From the NCBI GenBank assembly GCA_050174015.1, contig JBFXKG010000005.1, forward strand, positions 81,994 through 145,993: a stretch of DNA of 64,000 bases, read 5' to 3'. The notes below the pieces were generated by a model. That model made no database searches, was not told the DNA's origin, and saw nothing but the letters and a program-made list of their open reading frames with translations. The translations under genes were made by a program, and so were the position numbers. Origin of the DNA: Candidatus Krumholzibacteriia bacterium. Lineage in GTDB: Bacteria; Krumholzibacteriota; Krumholzibacteriia; LZORAL124-64-63. This document shows, piece after piece, positions 48,606 to 57,306 of the stretch; positions within the stretch are counted from its first letter, which is position 1; each line of letters opens with the position of its first letter.

Positions 48606-49226
48606 ATGAGATTCACGGTAAAGATCCTGCTGGCCGTCCTGGCGCTGGCTTCGCTTCCGGTGGCCGTGCAGGCCCAGCAGCTGTTCGACTTCAACGGTCA
48701 GGCGGTCCTGCCCGCCGGAACGGGCGGGACCCTGACCATGCACAGCATCGTTTACGACGCGGCTCCCGCCGTGACGCCGATTCCCCTGGATTTCGCGAAC
48801 TTCGAGTTCACGATCGTCGTGGAGAACCTGATCCTGGATGTGGACGGGAATCCGCAGACGTACTCCGGAGGCACGGTCACCCTGTACCAGGACGCTGCGA
48901 CGGCCGCGGACTTCGGGGACCTCTCGACCTTCACGGACGGGACGGCGATCCTGATCGGGACCATCACCACCCTGAACCGGACGCTGTTCACGGCGACCCT
49001 GGGGTCGGTGCTGGGTTCGGTGGACTGGACCGGCGGGACCCGCCTGGACGACATCGCACCCTGGGATCAGGGTGGCTGGGCGTTCCTGAGCGGCCTGACC
49101 AATCGGGTGGATTCGGTGGTGCCGGGATTCGACGAGGCCTGGGACGGGAAGATCGAACCGTCCGAGCCCATCGTCGCCGGCGAGGCGAGTTCCTGGGGTT
49201 CGGTCAAGGCCCTGTTCAATCGTTGA
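48606..49226 (+). CDS. Secreted paralogue B2 (C-terminal SWGSVKALFNR)
   Basis: Signal peptide MRFTVKILLAVLALASLPVAVQA; QQLFDFNGQ ... VDWTGGTRLDDIAPWDQGGWAFLSG. Confidence 0.75.
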   Translation: MRFTVKILLAVLALASLPVAVQAQQLFDFNGQAVLPAGTGGTLTMHSIVYDAAPAVTPIPLDFANFEFTIVVENLILDVDGNPQTYSGGTVTLYQDAATAADFGDLSTFTDGTAILIGTITTLNRTLFTATLGSVLGSVDWTGGTRLDDIAPWDQGGWAFLSGLTNRVDSVVPGFDEAWDGKIEPSEPIVAGEASSWGSVKALFNR

Positions 49227-49243
49227 CCGCCTCCCGTTCATCT

Positions 49244-49276
49244 GCGAGCCCCGGCCTGCGGGGCTCGCAGTTTTTT
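49244..49276 (+). terminator. Rho-independent terminator after B2 (gcgagccccg-gcct-gcggggctcgc + agtttttt)
   Basis: Perfect 10-bp GC stem plus T6. Confidence 0.75.
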
Positions 49277-49333
49277 GACCACATGTGCTCGAATTTGGTA
49301 TATCGTTGCCATCATTGAAGTTGGTGAAAGATA

Positions 49334-49348
49334 AGAAAAATTCCTAAT
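49334..49348 (+). promoter_or_regulatory. Conserved motif AGAAAAATTCCTAAT, copy 3; followed by candidate promoter TTGCAT-N17-TAGTCT (49351-49379)
   Basis: Read directly. Confidence 0.5.
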
Positions 49349-49459
49349 TCCATTGCATTTTCTGGCCGGCCGTGCTAGTCTCACCCTGAAATCGCCCACC
49401 AATTAAAACTCAATTCGATATATGCGACCCGCAACTCGAGTTCAGCTGGAGGGAAGATC

Positions 49460-50122
49460 ATGAAGAAAACCTTCACCCCTTGCGCCCTGGTGAGCCTGCT
49501 GCTCGCTTTCGTTCTGGCGGTGCCGGCGCTGGGGCAGGTGTATTCCGTCGATTATCTCGGTTATGGCTGGGAGCAGGGCGGCCCCCTGAAGGCCGCCGGT
49601 GATGAACTGATCATCACGGCCACGTCGACCTACGTGCATCCTGCCTTCGGCGTCGATCTCGGAACCGAGGAATTGACCTTCTACGTCTCGAGCTTGATCA
49701 GCAACGGCCCGACGGACTACTTCGGCAACACCCAGATCAACTACACCGGCGGCATTCTCGAGATCTATCAGGATCCCCTGATGAACGCGGACTGGGGAGT
49801 CAATCCTCCCAACGCCACCTCACCGGGCAGCTTCCAGGAAGGCAGCCTGTTCTTCGCGGGGGCGTTCACCGCCTTCACCATGTTCTTCGATCCTTCCGGG
49901 TCCTACGGTTCGTTCGAGGGGACCCTCGACGGGGTGGCCGGCTCCATCATCGACGGGGTCTGCTCCGATTGCGTCTACACCTGGGGTGGCGCCTTCCAGA
50001 CCGGTTCCGGGGCCCAGATTCCCGAGGGGTACTGGATCCAGGTCGATGGCGTGTTCGAGATCGATGCCGCCGTATCTTCGGAGGCCGCCAGCTGGGGCTC
50101 CGTCAAAGCACTTTTCAACTAG
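49460..50122 (+). CDS. Secreted paralogue A3 (C-terminal SWGSVKALFN)
   Basis: Signal peptide; SVDYLGYGWEQGG ... DGVCSDCVYTWGGAF. Confidence 0.75.
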   Translation: MKKTFTPCALVSLLLAFVLAVPALGQVYSVDYLGYGWEQGGPLKAAGDELIITATSTYVHPAFGVDLGTEELTFYVSSLISNGPTDYFGNTQINYTGGILEIYQDPLMNADWGVNPPNATSPGSFQEGSLFFAGAFTAFTMFFDPSGSYGSFEGTLDGVAGSIIDGVCSDCVYTWGGAFQTGSGAQIPEGYWIQVDGVFEIDAAVSSEAASWGSVKALFN

Positions 50123-50167
50123 TCCGGTAGGATTCGCCGCGACGCCCTGCGGCATGGGAGGACGGAA

Positions 50168-50776
50168 ATGAAGAACGCAATCAAGGGAATGCTGATCGTC
50201 CTGGCGGTGGTTGCCTTGCCCCTGTCCGCCTCGGCGCAACAGTTGTTCGACTTCAACGGCCAGGCCATGGTGCCTGCGGTGGTCGGCGGCACGCTGAGCA
50301 TGTACAGCGTGATGTACGATCCCGCCCCGCAGACCACGCCCCTCCCGCTGGACTTCGACAACTTCGAATACACGCTGGTGGTTTCGGGAGCGACCCTCGA
50401 CGTCAACGGCAATCCCCAGTCCTACGTCGGCGGCGTGCTGACGATCTACGAGGACGCGGGTACGGCGGCCGACTTCGCCAACACCGCGACGTTCACCGAC
50501 GGCACGGCCATCCTGGTGGGGAGCTTCACCTCCCTCAACCGGATCGTCTTCCTGAGCACGGGTTCGGTCCAGGGCTACCTGGACTGGAACGGAGGCGCCT
50601 GGCTGAACGACATCGCGCCCGAGGATCAGACCGGCTGGGCCTTCCTTGCCGGCACCAACAGCCGCAGCCCCGAACCCGGATATTCGGAGACCTGGGACGG
50701 CAAGGTGGAGCCGCCGACGGTCATCGTCGACGACCACGTCTCCTCCTTCGGCTCGGTCAAGGCGCTGTTCAAGTAG
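50168..50776 (+). CDS. Secreted paralogue B3 (C-terminal SFGSVKALFK)
   Basis: Signal peptide; QQLFDFNGQ ... LDWNGGAWLNDIAPEDQTGWAFLAG. Confidence 0.75.
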   Translation: MKNAIKGMLIVLAVVALPLSASAQQLFDFNGQAMVPAVVGGTLSMYSVMYDPAPQTTPLPLDFDNFEYTLVVSGATLDVNGNPQSYVGGVLTIYEDAGTAADFANTATFTDGTAILVGSFTSLNRIVFLSTGSVQGYLDWNGGAWLNDIAPEDQTGWAFLAGTNSRSPEPGYSETWDGKVEPPTVIVDDHVSSFGSVKALFK

Positions 50777-50800
50777 CCGTTTCCGCCGGCCGGACAGAAT

Positions 50801-50834
50801 GACGGACCGCCCTTCGGGGCGGTCCGTTCATTCA
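50801..50834. terminator. Hairpin gacggaccgccc-ttcg-gggcggtccgt between convergent genes (B3 / lipoprotein)
   Basis: 12-bp stem, UUCG loop; weak T tract; could serve both strands. Confidence 0.5.
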
Positions 50835-50855
50835 TGCCCAAGGGTGCGGCGCCGG

Positions 50856-52658
50856 CTACTCGGCCGGCAGGACCGTCACGGTGATGGCGTCCTGGACGAC
50901 GTCATCCCCGGTCCCCGCCCTCGCCAGGATGGTGATCTCCGTGGCCTCGGTCACCGCGGGAGTCCGCCAGGTGGCCGACCAGATCTCCAGCCCCTCCACC
51001 GCCTGCGGCTCCGATCCCGCCATGAGATCGACGAACGAAAGCGGGGCCCCTCCAAGGATGCCGGAGGCCGTCCCGGCGATGGTCACGTCGGTGTCGGCCT
51101 GCACCTGGGCTCCGTCGAGGGGTTCGGCGATGGCCACGAGCAGCTGGGAAACGGTGACGTCGATGATGGCCGTGGCGGAATCGGCGCCGGCCCACGCGCG
51201 GGCTCGCAGGACCCGCGGGGTGTCGGCGGCGAAGAGGGGGACGTTCCAATCGAAGGACCAGGCTTCCAGGCCGTCCGCGGCCACGAATCCCGCGCCGTCG
51301 CCCACGTCCACCTTGACCGAATCGATGGAGGTCTCCCCGGCGTTGCCGCTGCCCTGCACCATCAGAGGAACGCCGCCGAGCACCACGTCACCGTTGCGGG
51401 GGGCCAGGAAGTTGACCGAGACCGGCTGCTGGACGCGGATGACCGAGGCCGTCAGGATCCTGGAATCCGCCCAGTCGTTGCGGTACTGGGCGTAGACCGT
51501 GATCTCGCCCTCATCCGCTCCGAGGTCGATCGCGGCCGAGTCGGCATAGGCCTGCCACCCGGTGCCGCGGAAGTCGGGACTGAGGGAAAAGCGCATCAAG
51601 GTGGCCACCGCGCCGGAGATCCCGATCACCGTGCTCGCGCCGGTGACGCCGGAGGGCACGTCCAGCTCGAAGGTCGCCTCCTGGAGCAGATCGGGGCTGA
51701 CGTCCCAGTCGGTGACGGCGGTGAACCCGAAGTCACCCTGGAATTCCCCGAAGATCGTCTGGGGAGAGGCGGAATCCGCCAGCTGGAAGCCGCCGACCGT
51801 CTCGGCCGGATCCCGCCACTCGGCGGAGGCGAGGGCCTCGGAGCTGGCGGCGAAACGCATGGCCGTGACCCCTTCGGTGGCGACGGTCAGATCGACCAGC
51901 CGGGTGGCGACGCTCGCGGGTTTTCCGGCTACGGAGAAATCAGGTTCGAAATCCACGGTCAGGGTCTTCGACCCGACGGCGGAGGCGGAACCGGCGGTAT
52001 AACCCTTGGCGAAGATCCTGACCGTGTCGCCGTTCTGGGAGGCGGGACCGAAATCCCAGGGGATGGTCTGGGCGACTCCAGGCGTCACGACGGGATAGCT
52101 CACCGCCCCGGTGAAGTCCTCGACGGCTGCCACCACGAAACTGTCCTGCATGTTGACGGTGATCTCGACCTCCTGGTGGCGGGAGGCGACGGTCTTGCGA
52201 GCCGAATCGTTCCCCACCACGATGCGAGGCAGGGACAGGGCCGAGGCCGGGACTTGGTAGGAGAGGAGGGTGAAGTCGCCGCCCTCGTTGAAGGCCTGCA
52301 CCTGGAAGAAGTGCATCCGGGTGGGGGACGGGTTGGGGTACAGGTACTGGTTGGACGGGGCGGTGGTCGCATCGACCGTCGCCACGTATTCGTACCCCGT
52401 TCCCGAACTGAAGCTGTGGTTGACGTCGTAGGTGGTGATGCCCAGTCCCTGGGGCTGGTCCCACATCAGCAGGATGAACGTGTCGCTGGCCGTGGCGCGC
52501 AGGTTCAGCGGACCGCCGCCGGCGAGCCCCGCGGGGTCGAAGGGGTTGTCGAACTCCGGAGCGGCGGGTTTGCTCTCGCAGCCGGCGAGGACGGCGCCCA
52601 GGGCGATGGCTCCGCAGGCGAGGAAGAAGATCAGGCGGATGATCCGGCGGTCGGACAT
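50856..52658 (-). CDS. Large lipoprotein with fibronectin-III-like and Ig-like beta-sandwich domains
   Basis: Lipobox LAGCES; FN3-like segment (LNLRATASDTFILLMWDQP...YEYVATV...FFQVQAFNEGG); 600 aa. Confidence 0.55.
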   Translation of the reverse strand: MSDRRIIRLIFFLACGAIALGAVLAGCESKPAAPEFDNPFDPAGLAGGGPLNLRATASDTFILLMWDQPQGLGITTYDVNHSFSSGTGYEYVATVDATTAPSNQYLYPNPSPTRMHFFQVQAFNEGGDFTLLSYQVPASALSLPRIVVGNDSARKTVASRHQEVEITVNMQDSFVVAAVEDFTGAVSYPVVTPGVAQTIPWDFGPASQNGDTVRIFAKGYTAGSASAVGSKTLTVDFEPDFSVAGKPASVATRLVDLTVATEGVTAMRFAASSEALASAEWRDPAETVGGFQLADSASPQTIFGEFQGDFGFTAVTDWDVSPDLLQEATFELDVPSGVTGASTVIGISGAVATLMRFSLSPDFRGTGWQAYADSAAIDLGADEGEITVYAQYRNDWADSRILTASVIRVQQPVSVNFLAPRNGDVVLGGVPLMVQGSGNAGETSIDSVKVDVGDGAGFVAADGLEAWSFDWNVPLFAADTPRVLRARAWAGADSATAIIDVTVSQLLVAIAEPLDGAQVQADTDVTIAGTASGILGGAPLSFVDLMAGSEPQAVEGLEIWSATWRTPAVTEATEITILARAGTGDDVVQDAITVTVLPAE

Positions 52659-52680
52659 GCCAGGCTACTCCTTGGATCGG

Positions 52681-53430
52681 TCAAAAACTCAGACGCAAGC
52701 CGGCGTGGACCGCCGGCTGCCAGGTCGTGGCCATCGCCCGGTCCGCAGGGGCGGCTGCGGCCCGGACGGGTGTTTCGCCTGTTCCCGCGGTGACGGCGGG
52801 GAATGAGAGGTAAGCGTCCAGGATGCTCACCAGCACGGCGCCGGCCGCGACGGCGAGGCCCGTGTTGCGCAGGGATTCCATGTCCTCCATGTCGGCATAG
52901 GCCTGGTCGGCCGCCGCCCGCAGCTCCGCCAGCCTGTCGGCGTTGATCGTCCGGTCGTACTCGTCCTGCAGCAGGAGGAAGTCGCGGCGCTCGTTGCTGC
53001 GCTGGATCTCCCCGGCCAGGGCGGCCAGGAGCCCGCCGATTTCCGCTGCGGAATAGACGAAACCCCGGGTCCGGTGGCCGAGATACTGCTGGCCGAGCCC
53101 GGCGAGCAGGAGGTTGCTGCCCAGGGCCGTGCGGCGGCTCAGGGGTTGCATCCTCACCTGGAGGCGCACCACGGCACCCGGTCCGTCGAGGACGATCTCC
53201 TGGCGGTAGTCGACGTGCCCCGGGAGTTCGCAAAGGAGCTCGTGGCGTCCGGGTTCCAGCTCGAGCGCCGCGTCCAGCGGGAAGAATCCCAGGGGACGGC
53301 CGTCGAGGATCACGGCGGCGCCCGGGGGGCCGGCGAGTTCGAGGGTGGCGGCTCCGGTCGCGGAGGCCGGGCCCGGAAAGGCCGGACCCAGCAAAAGAAC
53401 GACCAGCAGAATGAAAGGCGTACGCGTCAT
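52681..53430 (-). CDS. PEGA-domain secreted protein
   Basis: Signal peptide; PEGA-like segment LELAGPPGAAVILDGRPLGFFPLDAALELEPGRHELLCELPGHVDYRQEIVL; 23 nt upstream of the lipoprotein gene on the same strand. Confidence 0.55.
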   Translation of the reverse strand: MTRTPFILLVVLLLGPAFPGPASATGAATLELAGPPGAAVILDGRPLGFFPLDAALELEPGRHELLCELPGHVDYRQEIVLDGPGAVVRLQVRMQPLSRRTALGSNLLLAGLGQQYLGHRTRGFVYSAAEIGGLLAALAGEIQRSNERRDFLLLQDEYDRTINADRLAELRAAADQAYADMEDMESLRNTGLAVAAGAVLVSILDAYLSFPAVTAGTGETPVRAAAAPADRAMATTWQPAVHAGLRLSF

Positions 53431-53616
53431 GGTGCCAGCTTTCCCGTCTTCGAACCTGTGGCTGGGGGATTCCGGCCTCGACCGGCCTCGGCCTTGCGGT
53501 CCCCTTCCTCGAGGACGGACAAGGCGCGGTCATTATAGGACAGACCCTCGATCTTGACCCCCCAAAAAAAGGAGAGGGGTGTCCCGGGAAGTCCCTGATC
53601 GGACTGCGGTTGGAGG

Positions 53617-54051
53617 TCAGGCCCGGTGATAGGGCTTGCCCGCCAGGATCGTCAGGCCCCGATAGACCTGCTCCAGAAGCAAGACCCTCGCCATCTCGTG
53701 GGTCAAGGTCAAGCTTGAAAGTCGCAGGAAGCGGTGGGCCCGCCCGCGGGTACCGGGCCCCAGACCGTCGGGGCCGCCGATCACGAAGGTGACCGACCCG
53801 TGGGCGCCCAGCAGTCGGGCGAGGCTCATGCTGTCGAGGTCTTCCCCTCGTTCGTCCAGGGCCACGACGATCCCGCTGCCCTGGTCCGATCCCAGCAGGG
53901 CGGCGATCTCCCGGTCTTCCCTGTCGGGTCGCGAATCCTTGATCTCCCTGATTTCGAGGCGGGCCATGCCGCGTGCGCGCTGGAGATAAGTCTCCGCAAG
54001 CTGTCCGAGGTTGCGGTCCTTCATCCTGCCGACGGCGATGATCCTGATCAC
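53617..54051 (-). CDS. rlmH: 23S rRNA (pseudouridine1915-N3)-methyltransferase RlmH (SPOUT)
   Basis: About 144 aa from GTG 54051; motifs IRIIAVGRMKD, VVALDERGE, VTFVIGGPDGL, LSSLTLTHEMARV; the upstream part of the table ORF is not used. Confidence 0.7.
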   Translation of the reverse strand: MIRIIAVGRMKDRNLGQLAETYLQRARGMARLEIREIKDSRPDREDREIAALLGSDQGSGIVVALDERGEDLDSMSLARLLGAHGSVTFVIGGPDGLGPGTRGRAHRFLRLSSLTLTHEMARVLLLEQVYRGLTILAGKPYHRA

Positions 54052-54189
54052 GGTCGCGGTTCCCTTTCCAGGGGCCAGGAGGCCCGAGATACAAGACCAA
54101 AAAGATACCCATTGGATTCGTGTAACTGCATGTAAGGTAACACACCTTTCCAGATTCCGTTCTTCATAATCAATCACTTCAACAAGTCC

Positions 54190-54247
54190 TTGACACTCCA
54201 CGGAACGGAATATGAAATTGGCCCCGGTGGCTGTCATAAAAATGACA
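54190..54247 (+). promoter_or_regulatory. Candidate nuo promoter (TTGACA 54190, -10 TATGAA/ATGAAA) followed by a perfect dyad TGTCAT-AAAA-ATGACA (54232-54247)
   Basis: Read directly; 120 nt upstream of nuoA; dyad architecture TGTCA-N6-TGACA resembles CRP/FNR-family sites. Confidence 0.4.
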
Positions 54248-54366
54248 TGCCCCCTCCGGGCCCCCGAGCGGGTTCGTTTCCCGGCCGGATCGCACCCTGC
54301 ATCCGTGTCACAGAGCGGCGTCAGCCCGGGCCTGCCCGGGCGTCAACGAAATCCGGGATCCCTCTT

Positions 54367-54848
54367 ATGAATCTCCTTCTTTCGCCAGGGACCGCGACCC
54401 CCAGCCACGTCGCCGATTACGCCACGGTCCTCATCTTCATCCTGGTCGGGTTCGTGTTCGCGGGAATCGCCCTCGGTGTGGCGAAGCTCCTGCGGCCAAG
54501 CAAACCCAGCCCCGCCAAGCTGACCACCTACGAGTGCGGCGAGCTGCCCACCGGATCCTCATGGGTGCGCTTCAACGTCCGGTTCTACCTCGTCGCCCTG
54601 TTCTTCATCGTCTTCGACGTCGAAGTCATCTTCCTGTATCCCTGGGCGGTCGTGTTCAAGCAGTTGTATCCCGTGCCCCAGCTGGGAGCCCTGGTCTTCT
54701 GGGAGATGATCATCTTCCTGGCCATCCTGAGCGTGGGCCTGGCCTACGTCTGGGTCAAGGGCGACCTGGCCTGGGTCAAGAAGCTGGTGGACCGGACCCC
54801 GGCCGAATCGGCCACTCCCGCCGTCCTCGAGGAGGAGGTTTCCGCTCC

Positions 54849-54852
<4 letters not shown>
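54367..54852 (+). CDS. nuoA: NADH-quinone oxidoreductase subunit A
   Basis: Three TM helices; conserved YECGE motif. Confidence 0.8.
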
Positions 54853-55463
<611 letters not shown>

Positions 55464-55475
55464 AGGCGGAAGGTC

Positions 55476-56129
55476 ATGGAACAGAAGGCCATCTACGATT
55501 TGCTCGCCGGCAAGCTGGGGGAGGGCGCGGTCGCCTTCCACGAGGACGGGATCGAACCCTGGGCCGAGATCGCCGCGGGTGCGGTCGCCGAGGCCTGCGG
55601 GTACCTCAGGCGCGAGCCCTCCCTGGACTTCGACCAGCTGATGTGCCTGTCGGGGATCGACTGGGACGGGTTCGACGAGTCGGGCAAGGGCAAGTCCGCG
55701 GGCATCCTGGGTTACACCGACGACGGCAGGCCCGAGACCAGCGATCGCAAGGCCGAGGGCGATCTGGGCGTCGCCTACCACCTCTACAGCCACGCCCTGG
55801 ACCACAAGTTCACCCTGCGGATCCGCCTGCCCCGGGACCGGGCCGAAGCGCCCACCGTCTCGGGCGTGTGGCCGACGGCGAGCTGGCACGAGCGCGAAGC
55901 CTGGGACCTGCTCGGCATCCGGTTCACCGGCCATCCGGACCTGCGGCGGATGCTGCTGGACGAGAAGTGGGTGGGCCATCCCCTGCGCAAGGACTACGTG
56001 ATGCCCGATCGCTGGGAGGGCGTGCCCATGGACGGCAGGCCCTATAGCGCGAATCCTTTCCCTGCAACCGAGGAACCACCGGCCGGGGGGCCCAGGCCCG
56101 ACGGCGACACCCCCCCGGCGGAGGCTTGA
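55476..56129 (+). CDS. nuoC: NADH-quinone oxidoreductase subunit C
   Basis: 217 aa; 30-kDa-subunit motifs (WHEREAWDLLGIRFTGHPDLRR). Confidence 0.8.
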   Translation: MEQKAIYDLLAGKLGEGAVAFHEDGIEPWAEIAAGAVAEACGYLRREPSLDFDQLMCLSGIDWDGFDESGKGKSAGILGYTDDGRPETSDRKAEGDLGVAYHLYSHALDHKFTLRIRLPRDRAEAPTVSGVWPTASWHEREAWDLLGIRFTGHPDLRRMLLDEKWVGHPLRKDYVMPDRWEGVPMDGRPYSANPFPATEEPPAGGPRPDGDTPPAEA

Positions 56130-56130
56130 G

Positions 56131-57306
56131 ATGGCGATGGATACCAAGAAGACCAACGGCTGGGCCGACCAGGACGACGTCCCGGAGATCAAGAGCGAGC
56201 TCCTGGAACTCAACATGGGACCCCAGCACCCGGCCACCCACGGCGTGCTGCGGCTGCTGCTGAAGACCGACGGCGAGATCGTCTACCAGGTCACCCCCGT
56301 GCTGGGCTACCTGCACCGCTGCGCCGAGAAGATCGCCGAGGGCGTCAACTACAAGCAGTGGGTGGTCTACACCGACCGGTTCGACTACCTGGCGCCCATG
56401 TGCTGCAACCACGCCTACGTGACGGCGGTGGAGAAGCTGATGCAGCAGGAGGTGCCCGAGCGAGCGGAGCACATCCGCGTCGTGGTGGCCGAGCTGTCCC
56501 GCATCGCCAGCCACCTGATCGCCCTGGCCACCTTCGGCCTGGACATGGGGGCCTGGACCCCGCTGCTGTACTGCTTCCGCGAGCGGGAGGAGATCCTCAA
56601 CCTGCTCGAGCGGATCTCCGGCGGGCGCATGCTCTACAACTACATGGTGCCGGGCGGGGTGCGCTACGACGTTCCCGAGGACGGCTGGGTGAAGGACGTC
56701 CTGTCCTTCATCACCATGCTCGAGACCAAGAAGATCAAGGACTACAACCAGCTGCTCACCTACAACAAGATCTTCATCGAGCGGACGGCCGACGTGGGCG
56801 TCATCAGCAAGGAGGACGCCTTCGCCTACGCCTGCACCGGACCGGTGCTGCGGGGATCGGGGGTGAAGTTCGACTGCCGGCGCAACGATCCCTATTCGGC
56901 GTATCCCAAGTTCGACTTCGAGATTCCGGTGGGCCTGGGCGAGATGGGCACGGTCGGGGACTGCTGGGACCGCTACATGGTCCGCGTCCGGGAGATCGAG
57001 CAGTCCTGCCGCATCATCCGGCAGGCCCTGGACACCCTGCCCGAGGGGCCCTACCAGGCCATCGAACTGCACAAGCCCGTCAAGGTGCCCGCGGGGGCGG
57101 CCTACACCCGCACCGAGAGCGCCAAGGGCGAGATCGGGCACTACATCATCTCCGACGGCGGCCAGACCGCCTTCCGCAACAAGGTCCGTTCACCCTCCTT
57201 CTGCAACCTGCAGGTCGTCGAGAAGGTCGGAGTCGGCCAGATGGTTTCGGACCTCGTGGCCCTGGTCGGGTCGCTGGACATCGTACTCGGGGAGATTGAC
57301 CGCTGA
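56131..57306 (+). CDS. nuoD: NADH-quinone oxidoreductase subunit D
   Basis: 391 aa; ELNMGPQHPATHGVLRL, 49-kDa-subunit signature. Confidence 0.9.
   Translation: MAMDTKKTNGWADQDDVPEIKSELLELNMGPQHPATHGVLRLLLKTDGEIVYQVTPVLGYLHRCAEKIAEGVNYKQWVVYTDRFDYLAPMCCNHAYVTAVEKLMQQEVPERAEHIRVVVAELSRIASHLIALATFGLDMGAWTPLLYCFREREEILNLLERISGGRMLYNYMVPGGVRYDVPEDGWVKDVLSFITMLETKKIKDYNQLLTYNKIFIERTADVGVISKEDAFAYACTGPVLRGSGVKFDCRRNDPYSAYPKFDFEIPVGLGEMGTVGDCWDRYMVRVREIEQSCRIIRQALDTLPEGPYQAIELHKPVKVPAGAAYTRTESAKGEIGHYIISDGGQTAFRNKVRSPSFCNLQVVEKVGVGQMVSDLVALVGSLDIVLGEIDR

Noticed and set aside
46314-50776. Interpreting the 4.5-kb repeat region as an IS element, integron or assembly duplication
   Set aside because: No transposase or integrase; copies are diverged (about 60-70% aa identity), each with an intact signal peptide, promoter and terminator, which is consistent with functional paralogues and not with collapsed or duplicated assembly.
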